DNA of 63,822 bases, counting the filler, from a bacterium (GTDB lineage Bacteria > JBBIVP01), in the NCBI GenBank assembly GCA_037439705.1. It is 6 parts of 6 records of this genome, joined end to end, with 100 filler letters (N's around TTAATTAATTAA, not from the genome) between each part and the next. Parts side by side here need not be neighbours in the genome. Positions count along the whole stretch, not along the records: positions 33,294 to 44,251 come from JBBIVP010000060.1; positions 44,352 to 54,896 come from JBBIVP010000061.1; 4 more parts are not named here. One strand, written 5' to 3'. Below, one piece after another: positions 39,744 through 48,934 of this stretch; the stretch's first letter is position 1, and each line of letters opens with the position of its first letter. The position numbers and the translations under genes were made by a program. The notes beneath the pieces are model-generated. The model was given only the letters and a program-made list of their open reading frames with translations, ran no database searches and was not told where the DNA came from.

Positions 39744-41013
39744 CTTCATCTCCAAAAATGGTAAAAAAGGTTTCAATAAAAGATGATTCTCCGTTCCTCG
39801 CCATTTCCTTTATCCGGGTTACCGGCTTGTGGAGAATTTTTTTTACTACATTAACAGAAAAATCTTCTATCGCCCTTTTCTGATGTCCAGAAATATTGCC
39901 GAGCATCCTGAAAAGTTCTTCCAGTTCCGTCCGTCTTATTGAATCTGCTGTTTCATAAACCATCCGAAGAAGCGGACCGATTCTCTCTTCCTTTACCCTT
40001 CTAAAAAATTTCCCCAGTTCTTCCTCCACAATTGCCTCACCCTTTATTGCTTCTTCTCGCCTTTTCTTTATGTTTCTATCCACTATTCGCTGAAGATCAT
40101 CTATGTGATAGAGGTATACATTCTCAAGGGTTCCAACCTCAGGGTCTATATTTCTTGGAAGAGAAATATCAATAAAGAAAATGGGATTTCCCTTTCTCTT
40201 CTTCATGACATTTTTTACATCATTTTTCGTTATCAAATAATGAGGAGCTGCGGAAGCACATAAAACTATGTCCACATCTTTAAGACCCCTGTAAAGGTCC
40301 TTAAAAGGAATGACCTCTCCAGAATAAATTGAACAAAGCTCTTCAGCTCGTTCAATCGTTCTGCTTGTTATGTAAATTTTTGATATCCCTCTGGAAATAA
40401 AGCTTTTTATTGCAATCTCTCCCATCTCCCCTGTTCCTATCACGATTACCTTTCTCTTTGAGAGGTCTCCAAAGATGCTCTCCGCCAGTTCCACTGCCTG
40501 GGAACTTATAGAATTTGGATTCTCGCCCAAAGCAGTTTCCCTTCTAATTCTCTTCGCGACAAAAAATGCTCTTTCAAAAACCATGCTCAAATTTTTACCA
40601 ACGAATCCCTTTTTTAAAGAAACCTCATACGCTGACTTTACCTGACCTGTTATCTGGGGCTCACCAATAACCATTGAATCAAGAGAAGATGTAACCCTGA
40701 ATATGTGTTTTATCGCATCCCTTCCTAAAAAATTGTAAAAGTATCCTTTTTCGAGATGAAGACCTATCCTTTCTTCGTTGATTTTTATCAGGTCATCTAT
40801 TATCTTCTCCGGATTGGTTCTGTATATTATGAACTCCACCCTGTTGCATGTGGAAAGAATTACACATTCTTCAACCTTAAGTCTCTCTTTTATGGTGGAA
40901 AGGAGTTTATCCTCTTCCTGTTTTTTAAGCGCGAGCGCTTCTCTTACATCAAGAGGAGAAGTTCTGAAGCTCGTTCCATGAACGAGAAGATTTTCTTCTT
41001 CAAATGAAATCAT
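39715..41013 (-). CDS. hemA: Glutamyl-tRNA reductase
   Basis: LSTCNRVE, LDSMVIGEPQI, GTGEMG, DISLPRNID. Confidence 0.97.
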   Translation of the reverse strand: MISFEEENLLVHGTSFRTSPLDVREALALKKQEEDKLLSTIKERLKVEECVILSTCNRVEFIIYRTNPEKIIDDLIKINEERIGLHLEKGYFYNFLGRDAIKHIFRVTSSLDSMVIGEPQITGQVKSAYEVSLKKGFVGKNLSMVFERAFFVAKRIRRETALGENPNSISSQAVELAESIFGDLSKRKVIVIGTGEMGEIAIKSFISRGISKIYITSRTIERAEELCSIYSGEVIPFKDLYRGLKDVDIVLCASAAPHYLITKNDVKNVMKKRKGNPIFFIDISLPRNIDPEVGTLENVYLYHIDDLQRIVDRNIKKRREEAIKGEAIVEEELGKFFRRVKEERIGPLLRMVYETADSIRRTELEELFRMLGNISGHQKRAIEDFSVNVVKKILHKPVTRIKEMARNGESSFIETFFTIFGDEDEIENRNKG

Positions 41014-41800
41014 GATATCCTCCGGGAATGAGCTTTCTTCCGAAGAATGCTATTAAAAAAAGTATAAAACCTATTACCGAAAGAATTGCGCTTTTCCTTC
41101 CTTTCCAGCCAGCAATCAGTCTCAAATGAAGATAAGATGCATAAATGATCCAGACAAGGAGTGCGAGAACTTCTTTGGGATCCCAATTCCATACACTTCC
41201 CCACAGCCTTTCTGACCAGAGGCTCCCTGTGAGAATTCCAAGGGTTATAAATGTAAATCCGAATTGAACAGTTCTGTAATTCATGAAATCAAGTTCAACA
41301 AGGGAAGGAATTCTTTTGGGACTCCATCTTAAAATTTTTAACTTTATGTTTCTTTCCTGGAGAAGGTAAAATAACCCTGCAGCAAAGGATAAAAAGAAAA
41401 AGACATAACCTGTTATTGAAAATGTCACATGGATTGGAAAAAGAAGCGTGTTAAGTTCAGGGCGAAAAACTCCTCTCTGAGGAAGCGAGATGGAAGCAAT
41501 GTAAAAAAGAATAACCGCGGGAACGGTTATGTATCCGAGAGCCGGAACGAGCCCTCTTATCTGATATCCAATAAATACACAGCCCAGAAGAATTGAAAAA
41601 AAGGACATTACACCGCTCATGTAATAAAGGGGAATGGAAGAAGGGGAGGTTATTCCTGTAATGAATTTTAATGTGTGAATTAAAAATCCAAGGCACAAAA
41701 ATGAAAAACCTGTTTTCAAAAAAATCCTCAGATTGAAAAATAAATGAAGGAGGTAAAAAAGGAGCGACATTGAGTATGTTCCAAGAATAAGAAACTTCAT
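41000..41800 (-). CDS. ccsA: Cytochrome c biogenesis CcsA/HemX-family membrane protein
   Basis: GSLW...WGSVWNWDPKE WWD domain, conserved His, multiple TM. Confidence 0.88.
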   Translation of the reverse strand: MKFLILGTYSMSLLFYLLHLFFNLRIFLKTGFSFLCLGFLIHTLKFITGITSPSSIPLYYMSGVMSFFSILLGCVFIGYQIRGLVPALGYITVPAVILFYIASISLPQRGVFRPELNTLLFPIHVTFSITGYVFFFLSFAAGLFYLLQERNIKLKILRWSPKRIPSLVELDFMNYRTVQFGFTFITLGILTGSLWSERLWGSVWNWDPKEVLALLVWIIYASYLHLRLIAGWKGRKSAILSVIGFILFLIAFFGRKLIPGGYHDFI

Positions 41801-41851
41801 TTGTTTTATTCTATTTCAAAAAACATCTGCTTCAACCATCAGCCAATAAAT

Positions 41852-42877
41852 CTATTCTTTTTTCTCCCGCAAATATACTGTCCTTATGGGGAACGGGATT
41901 TCAATCCCTTCTTCTTTAAATCTTTTGAAAATCCTTTTCCTCAACTCGTGCTGAACGAGATACTGGTCAACAAACTCCCTCACATGACATATGAGTGTAA
42001 AATTAATGGAACTCTCACCAAACCCAGGAATCAACCTTACTAATGGTTCGGGAGAACCCAATAATCCGGGCACTTCACCAACTGCTTTTTTAACCTCTTC
42101 AATAAGTATTCGTTCAACGAGTTCAGGGTCAGAAGAGTAACTAACACTTATGGGAATCAAAACGGCCATCCTTTTTTCCGGAAGATAATAATTGGTCACA
42201 ATGCTCTGAGCAAGTTTGCTGTTAGGAATTATAACCAGATTGTTGGGAAGCATTCTTATCCGGGTTGTCCTCCATGTAATATCCTCAACATATCCCTCTT
42301 CCCCGGTTTCAAGTTTTATAAAATCTCCGACCCTTATGGATTTTTCTGCAAGAATATGAATCCCGGCAAAAAGATTTGCCAGTGTATCCTGAAGGGCAAG
42401 AGCGACTGCAAGACCTCCAACCCCAAGAGCTGTAATAAGAGGAGTTATAGAGATACCCAGAATAGAAAGTATTATAAGAATTCCTATAATGATTATTGTT
42501 CCCTTCAATATACCGTAGACAAGACCTGTTGTGGGGAGGGGCAATTCAAATTTACTGAGGTAATTTCTGAATACATCACCTGAAAAATTTGCAGTAGCAA
42601 TTGTAATGGAAAATACTACAAGGACATGGAGCAACTTGTTGAAATAAAAAATATATCTCTGTGGAAGTTCAGAAACAGACATTCCTATGTAAAGTCCTAT
42701 GGCAATGCATAAATAAAAGGATGGCACTTTTAAAGCCCTGATTACAATATCGTCCAGTTTTGTATCTGTCCTTTCCGCCCACTTCTTAAAAAACCTGAAA
42801 CCAATATTTCTCACCATCAAGATAAAAAACACAGACGCAAGCGTTACAATGGTCGGAATGAGTATCTTTTTCATCAT
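41852..42877 (-). CDS. Small-conductance mechanosensitive channel (MscS family)
   Basis: ALGVGGLAVALALQDTLANLFAG, IPNSKL, GIEIPFP. Confidence 0.94.
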   Translation of the reverse strand: MMKKILIPTIVTLASVFFILMVRNIGFRFFKKWAERTDTKLDDIVIRALKVPSFYLCIAIGLYIGMSVSELPQRYIFYFNKLLHVLVVFSITIATANFSGDVFRNYLSKFELPLPTTGLVYGILKGTIIIIGILIILSILGISITPLITALGVGGLAVALALQDTLANLFAGIHILAEKSIRVGDFIKLETGEEGYVEDITWRTTRIRMLPNNLVIIPNSKLAQSIVTNYYLPEKRMAVLIPISVSYSSDPELVERILIEEVKKAVGEVPGLLGSPEPLVRLIPGFGESSINFTLICHVREFVDQYLVQHELRKRIFKRFKEEGIEIPFPIRTVYLREKKE

Positions 42878-42984
42878 CTTTCCTCCTTTTTAATAATTTT
42901 AAATGAAAAACATTTTCTTGCAATCCTCGGACTTTCCTTAAATGTAAACTTGATGAATCTTTTGCATTTCGGTAATATATAATC

Positions 42985-43074
42985 GGAAGGGTGGCCGAGT
43001 GGTTTAAGGCGGCGGTCTTGAAAACCGCTTCTCCCGCAAGGGAGACGGGGGTTCGAATCCCTCCCCTTCCGCCA
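42985..43074 (+). tRNA. tRNA-Ser (anticodon TGA)
   Basis: Acceptor GGAAGGG/CCCTTCC + GCCA; anticodon arm GCGGT-CTTGAAA-ACCGC; long variable arm TCTCCC-GCAA-GGGAGA; GTTCGAATC. Confidence 0.97.
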
Positions 43075-43131
43075 TTTCCATTTTATAAGAACCTCTCCTC
43101 CCCTTTGATGATGTGTTTTATATTTCTATTT

Positions 43132-43666
43132 TTACCTTCCGAGCAGTTCCCTGTGCCTTTTCTCAGCCCTTTCCTCCATTTTTTCAAGGATTCTACCGAG
43201 GTTCTCCTAGGTCTTCTGAATTTCTCCAAAGAACTCCATCGCCTTTGTAAGAATTATCTCAAGCCTTCTATTACCCTCTTCAATGAACAATCTTGTTTCT
43301 CCCCTTCCATCTTCTGTTATCCTCTCAAGCCTCTTAGATCCATCATCCGTTACCTTTTCAAGCCTCTTTAATCCATCTTCTGTTATCTTCTCAAGCCTTT
43401 TAAATCCCTCTTCTGTTATCCTCTCAAGCCTCTTATTCCCTTCGTCAATCATCCTGTTGGTTTCCGCCCGCCACTCTTTTATCATTTCTTTCATTCCTTT
43501 CGTCTCTTCTCTCATTTCTCTTATCAATTTTTCTGACCTCCATCCTAAATAAAGGCTAATTCCTCCAAGGATAAGCCCGAGAATTGTAAACAAAATTGCT
43601 GAACTAAAAGGCAGAAAAAACCCAGCTTAAGCCAATCGCCCCTGCTATAAGGATTGCTAACCACAT
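43132..43666 (-). pseudogene. Membrane-anchored 11-residue-repeat coiled-coil protein, frameshifted and with in-frame TAG
   Basis: ATG 43666 MWLAILIAGAIGLS, frameshift near 43620 into GFFLPF...; TAG at 43207 followed in frame by ENLGRILEKMEERAEKRHRELLGR*. Confidence 0.6.
43307..43438. repeat. 33-bp coding tandem repeat, four copies
   Basis: CCATCTTCTGTTATCCTCTCAAGCCTCTTAGAT-like units encoding (N/F/L/S)KRLE(R/K)(I/V)T(E/D)(E/D)G. Confidence 0.9.
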
Positions 43667-43922
43667 AATAAAATTTTAACCGTAAAATTTTCAAAAGTCA
43701 ATAAATGTAACAAATTTCAAGATTAATATAAATTAACGAAAAATTTTAAAATATATTTTCTCATTTTTATCATTTATTTTGCCGAGTTAAAAGAAAATGA
43801 GTTATGAATCCTTTTTAAACCATTCCTCTCAAAAATCCATTTCTAATAAAAGGGACACAAAATTATTGACAAATCCCAAAATAAAATTGAAAAATCATTA
43901 AAAGACGAGTAAAGTTATTTTT

Positions 43923-44251
43923 ATGGAGAAGGAAGATGTGTTTCTGAAAGAATTTACGGAATGTGCAAAAGCGATATGGGATGGAAGAATTGATGATGCA
44001 TTAAAAAGCGCAAAATTTTGTTTTGAAAAAAATCCTCATTCCAGAAGTGTTCTCAAATTCCTCCTTTATTCCTTAAAGAGGAAGGCGAAAAAAGAGGAAT
44101 ATTATGAATTTTTAAAAGAGATAAAAGAAAAGTCCGGAGAAAAAAACAGAATTCTCGTGATACTTGAAATGGCACGGACATCCTTTGAATTAAAAAAGTA
44201 TGAGGAATGCCTTCAACTCTGTGAAGAGTTTCTTTCTTATAACCTTCCATC
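43923..44251 (+). CDS. TPR-like protein, truncated at contig end
   Basis: Helical repeats ...FEKNPHS and ARTSFELKKYEECL. Confidence 0.6.
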
Positions 44252-44351
44252 NNNNNNNNNNNNNNNNNNNNNNNNNNNNNNNNNNNNNNNNNNNNTTAAT
44301 TAATTAANNNNNNNNNNNNNNNNNNNNNNNNNNNNNNNNNNNNNNNNNNNN
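44252..44351. other. Artificial contig linker
   Basis: N44-TTAATTAATTAA-N44. Confidence 0.99.
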
Positions 44352-44765
44352 GTTTATATTGGTCAATTTATGAAAGGGCAGAAATACGGCGAACTGGAAT
44401 CCGCAAAAAAATTCCCTGAACTCCTGAAAATTGAGCAATTCGGTAAAGACACATTTATACATTCAGCAACTGAAGGAGACAGAAAAATGGCTGAAGATGG
44501 TCTTAAAAAAATAAAAAAAGCCATGAACGAAGGATATGAAATAGTAATTGCGGATGAGATAATAACTGCTGTTTATTTGGGACTTCTTAAAGAAGAAGAT
44601 ATTCTTTCTCTTATGAAAGAAAAACCAGAAGGGGTTGAACTTGTTTTAACCGGAAGGTATGCTACGGAAAAGATGATAGAGATTGCAGACCTTGTTACAG
44701 AAATGAAGGAGATAAAGCATTATTTCCAGAAAGGTATTCTTGCAAGGGACGGAATTGAAAGATGA
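44352..44765 (+). CDS. cobO: Cob(I)yrinic acid a,c-diamide adenosyltransferase (CobO/BtuR), 5' truncated
   Basis: VYIGQFMKG..YGE, DEI, ELVLTGR, ADLVTEM.EIKH.F.KG..AR.GIE. Confidence 0.93.
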   Translation, partial: VYIGQFMKGQKYGELESAKKFPELLKIEQFGKDTFIHSATEGDRKMAEDGLKKIKKAMNEGYEIVIADEIITAVYLGLLKEEDILSLMKEKPEGVELVLTGRYATEKMIEIADLVTEMKEIKHYFQKGILARDGIER

Positions 44766-47581
44766 GAAAAGAATTTTTTTTCATTTCTGTCCTTCTGTTC
44801 TACCCGTTATCCCTTAAGTCCGCCATTCTCATTCCTCCTGACCTCAAGTGGTTCACAATTGAAACCCAGCACTTTTACATTCACTACCACAATGGTCTTG
44901 AAAAAATTGCAGAAGAATCTGCGATTTTGTTTGAAGAGGTAGATTCAATATTAAGAACTTTTATAGAGGATATGCACGAAGGTAAAACCCATGTTGTATT
45001 AACCTATTTCACCGATTTTTCCAATGGTTTCGCAACCCCTTTTCCTCAAAGGACGATTTATCTTTTCATTGCTCCACCATCTCCAGATAGTGAACTCATT
45101 TACAATATGGACTGGATAAAAACCCTTTTCATTCACGAATACTCACACATAATTCAGCTTGAAAGGGCAAAGGGCATCCCTGGTATCATAAGGAAGGTCT
45201 TCGGAAGGGTATATTTTCCGAATCTCCTCCTTCCGTATTTTCTGATATAGGGATACGCAACACTGAACGAAACAAGATTCAGCGGATTCGGAAGATTTAA
45301 AAGCAGTTATTACGAGATGTTTTTGAGAACAGTCTTTCTCACGGATACTGTTGATGACCTTGAAAACTTTTCACTTTCTTCTCCTGTTCACTGGCCTTTT
45401 GGAACAACCCCTTATCTTTATGGCTCAAGTTTTCTGGGTTATATAGGAGAAACATACGGAGAAGAATGCCTTGAAAAGTTTAACATCAAATATTCAGGCA
45501 ATCCTGTTCCGTTCCTTCTCAACAGTTCAATGGAATCAGCCTGCGGAAAGACGGTTAAGGAACTTTATGATGAATGGAAAAGAGAGATGAAAAGGAAGTA
45601 TGAACTGATAAGAGAAAAAATTTATTCTGAAGGAGTGATGGAGGGAAGAAGGATTACAAGACTTGGAAGGTTTTATTCAGAAGATGAACTGGTATTTACC
45701 CATTACGGAATGGACGAGTATCCCTCAATCAATATCCTTTCTCTTTCTAGTTCAAGAATAAAAAAAATATCTTCCATTAATTATAACTTCCTCCTTTCCG
45801 TTTTTGAGAAGGATATATACTTCTCTGATATAGAATTCAAAAAGGGTTTCTGGATGCTCAATGACATATATTTAATCCATAACGGCAAAAAAAAGAGGCT
45901 TACCAGTGGATTGAGGGGATTTTCTCCTGAAGCCACTCCTTATGGAGTATGGTTTATTGAAAGAACTCCTGAGGGAAGTGCTCTATGCATACTTGAAAAT
46001 GGGAAAAAGGGTGAATGCATTTACAAAACAGACGGATTTATTCTTTCTTTCAGATTTGACAAAAGTTATTCAAGGATAGTTCTCTCTGAGCAGAAGCACG
46101 ATGGAATCACCGATATAATTCTTTTTGATATAGCCTCGGGGAAAAAAACTCTTTTAACTTCCGATAAGGCATTTGACCTTTTTCCAGTATTCTCTCCCGA
46201 CGGAGTATATGTAATTTTTTCTTCCGACAGAAACGGGATTCCCAATCTCTACGCAAAGAACATTATTACCGGTGAAGAATACATGATAACGAATCTTTTA
46301 GGAGGCGCTTTTGAATCGGACATTTCTCCTTCCGGAGATTTCATCGCCTACACCGGATACGCAAAGGATGGTTTTGACCTTTTTATTATGAGATATGAAC
46401 CATCCTCATGGAAAAAAATTTTTCATGAGGAAGAGGCGGGTTTGATAAAAGAAAAAAAGAGGATAGAAATTGAGAAAAGGAATTATCTTGGATTTAAGTA
46501 TTTCTATCCCAGGTTCTGGCTACCATGGGTCTGGTACACAAGTGATGGCGGTCTTTTTACCCAGATAAAAACAGGTGGAGCAGATCCTCTTTTCAAACAC
46601 ATCTATATGCTTGATTTCTACTATCAGTGGAAGAGGGGAAAACCGGGAGGTTCCCTCTTATTCATTGAAGAAAGTTTTTATCCATCCCTCATTTTTCATA
46701 TTGCCGAACTCCCTGAAAGGGGTCCCATTATATATTCAAACAAAACATACAGAAAGGAATTCTGGCTTCAGAGAACGCTGGCAAGTTTTAGCATTTCGGT
46801 ACCAATTTTCAGAAGGATGAAATGGAACCTTTACGGAGGTGGTGGTTATAGGTTTTACAGGGTCTCAACAAAAAAAGAATATGAAGAATTCCCGGCCAGA
46901 AGGACAACAGGAAACCTGAGCGGATTAATGGGCTTTATCTACTTTGACAGCACAAAATACTATCCTTCTTCGTTCAGTGAGGAAGAAGGGGGAAGGGTTT
47001 ATGGAGAGGTTATGAGATTTCATCCATCTTTTGGAAGTGACCATTCTGCTGAGGAGTTTTTCGCCTTCGCCGAATGGTATGAAGAGGTTTCAAGGATAGT
47101 GTTTCAGTTGAGGGCAGATTATGGAAAATACAGTGGTGCAAGAGAATCCGACCTGATGCTAACAACAGGAACATCAGGAGATATATCCGTGAAGGGGATA
47201 AAGAGCTTTTTCGCTACCGATGTATATGCTTTGAAAGGTGAAATGAGGTTTCCGATTCTCATTGACAGAGGGATTTCCACAATTCCATTTGCCTTTAGGT
47301 ACAACTACTTTTCGCCATTTCTTCACGGATTGTTTGCAAAGGAGATATTCTATGAAAACGGCAAAGAAGAAAAAGAATGGTATAAAGACCTATCTATCGG
47401 AATAGAGGGGAACTTTGAGATTTACATAGGCTATAACATCCCGTTACTTTTAAAAATTGGTTATGCAAGGGGATTAAAAGAAATGAGAGAATCGGACTTT
47501 TACCTTTACATAGTTTCCCCGATTGGTTTCCCTTTTTCCAGTAAAAACAGCCCGCCGTTTATTTCACCGTTTCAATTTTGA
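44762..47581 (+). pseudogene. Secreted gluzincin-like peptidase + TolB-like beta-propeller + Omp85-like barrel gene interrupted by one in-frame TAG
   Basis: ORFs 44762-45250 and 45317-47581 share a frame; HEYSH, then PYFLI*GYATLNET; PD40-like FSPDG..VIFSSDRNG; aromatic beta-strands at C-terminus. Confidence 0.8.
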
Positions 47582-48903
47582 ACCTGTCAGAAGAGAAACT
47601 ATTACAATAATAAAACTTAAGAAAAAAGCGGGCACAAGTTCGTATACAGTTTCTCTGAGAAAAGAAATGTTATGCCGCACTACGGTGATAACACTTCCTG
47701 ATATCATTCCGGCTATAACTCCTTACTTTGTAATCCTTTTCCAGTATAATAGCAGTATAAGCGAGGGACCGAATGAAGAAGCAAGCCCGCCCCATGCATA
47801 GAAGACAAGCGAGTATATAAACTCCTTTGCGCTTAAAGCAAAAAGAAGGGCAATAGAACTGATAATTAGAGCAAAGGTTCTGCTCAGTAAGAGTTCTTTT
47901 TCCGGACCAAATTTCTTACCGAACATATCATGGGAAATGGAGGTGGTAAGGATAAGAAGTTGTGAATCAACGGTTGACATTGCAGCAGCAGACACTCCAG
48001 CAACCATTATTCCAAATAAAAATGGTGGTAAAAATTTTTCTGCCATAACGAGGCTTATCATCTCCCTGTCCACAGGTTGAATAAGTGATACATATCTCGC
48101 AAAGTATCCTATTCCAATAGCAAAAAGAAGGGCAAAGAATGTTCAGATAATTGAGATAAAAGCTGACTTTTTCAAATCTTCTCTTGACCTGAGAGCCATA
48201 TATCTCACAAGAATGTGAGGTTGACCCGGATAACCGAGTGCTATAGAGAGATTGGCAATCATAAGAGTAGCAGTTGTTCCCTCAAGACTCATTGAGGCAC
48301 TCATAACCTCCTTTGCCGCACCCGTAAAAAGGAAAAAAAGCGCAAATATCATAAATAGTGCCTGAAAGAAATCCGTCCATGAGACCGCTATAAAGCCACC
48401 TGCCGATGTGTATAGCACAACTATAAGAAATCCAATTATCATTCCGTAGGTCTGAGAAATCCCGAAAACGGACCTCAAAACCTTTCCCATGCCCATAATC
48501 TGGGCAGAAACATAAAAAGAAAAAACAGACTAACTACAAAAACAGCAATGTTTTTAACTATTCTTTCGTCTCCTCCGAACTTCTTTGCAAAAAATTCCGG
48601 CAATGTGTTAGAAGAATTCTTGAAACTTTCTATCCTTAATTTTTCGGCAATAAAAATCCAGTTGAATATCGTTCCCATCATACATCCTCCACCCGCGCAG
48701 AGAGCGGCAACAGGATCGACATATGCTAACCCCGGAAGACCGAGGAGAAGCCATGCGGAGAAATCGCTCGCTTTTTCACTGAGTGCGATAACGAAAAAAG
48801 GAAGTTTTCGCCCACCCAGAGAAAAATCTCTTGTTTTACGGTAAGAAATAATCCCTGTGACCAAAATGAGAAGGAAGTAAGATAAAAATATCGCCACCAC
48901 CAT
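47564..48903 (-). pseudogene. putP: Sodium/proline symporter (SSS family) pseudogene
   Basis: ASDFSAWLLLGLPG, YTSAGGFIAVSWTDFFQ, GYPGQPHILVRYMA, AAMSTVDSQLL, YELVPAF; frameshift near 48520, in-frame TGA 48143, in-frame TAA 47723. Confidence 0.9.
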
Positions 48904-48934
48904 CTTTACTTCTTAGCAAAAGTTGTTCTATAAA

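Noticed and set aside
42991-43371. 126-aa ORF starting MAEWFKAAVLKT
   Set aside because: Translation of the tRNA-Ser gene
43307-43438. 33-bp periodic repeat as a CRISPR array
   Set aside because: Units are contiguous with no spacers, vary mostly in codon-compatible ways, and no cas genes are present
43207-48145. Alternative genetic code or pyrrolysine suggested by in-frame TAG (43207, 45248) and TGA (48143)
   Set aside because: hemD (38078) and the 851-aa gene (48935) end in TAG, many genes end in coupled TGA, and two of the three affected genes also have frameshifts
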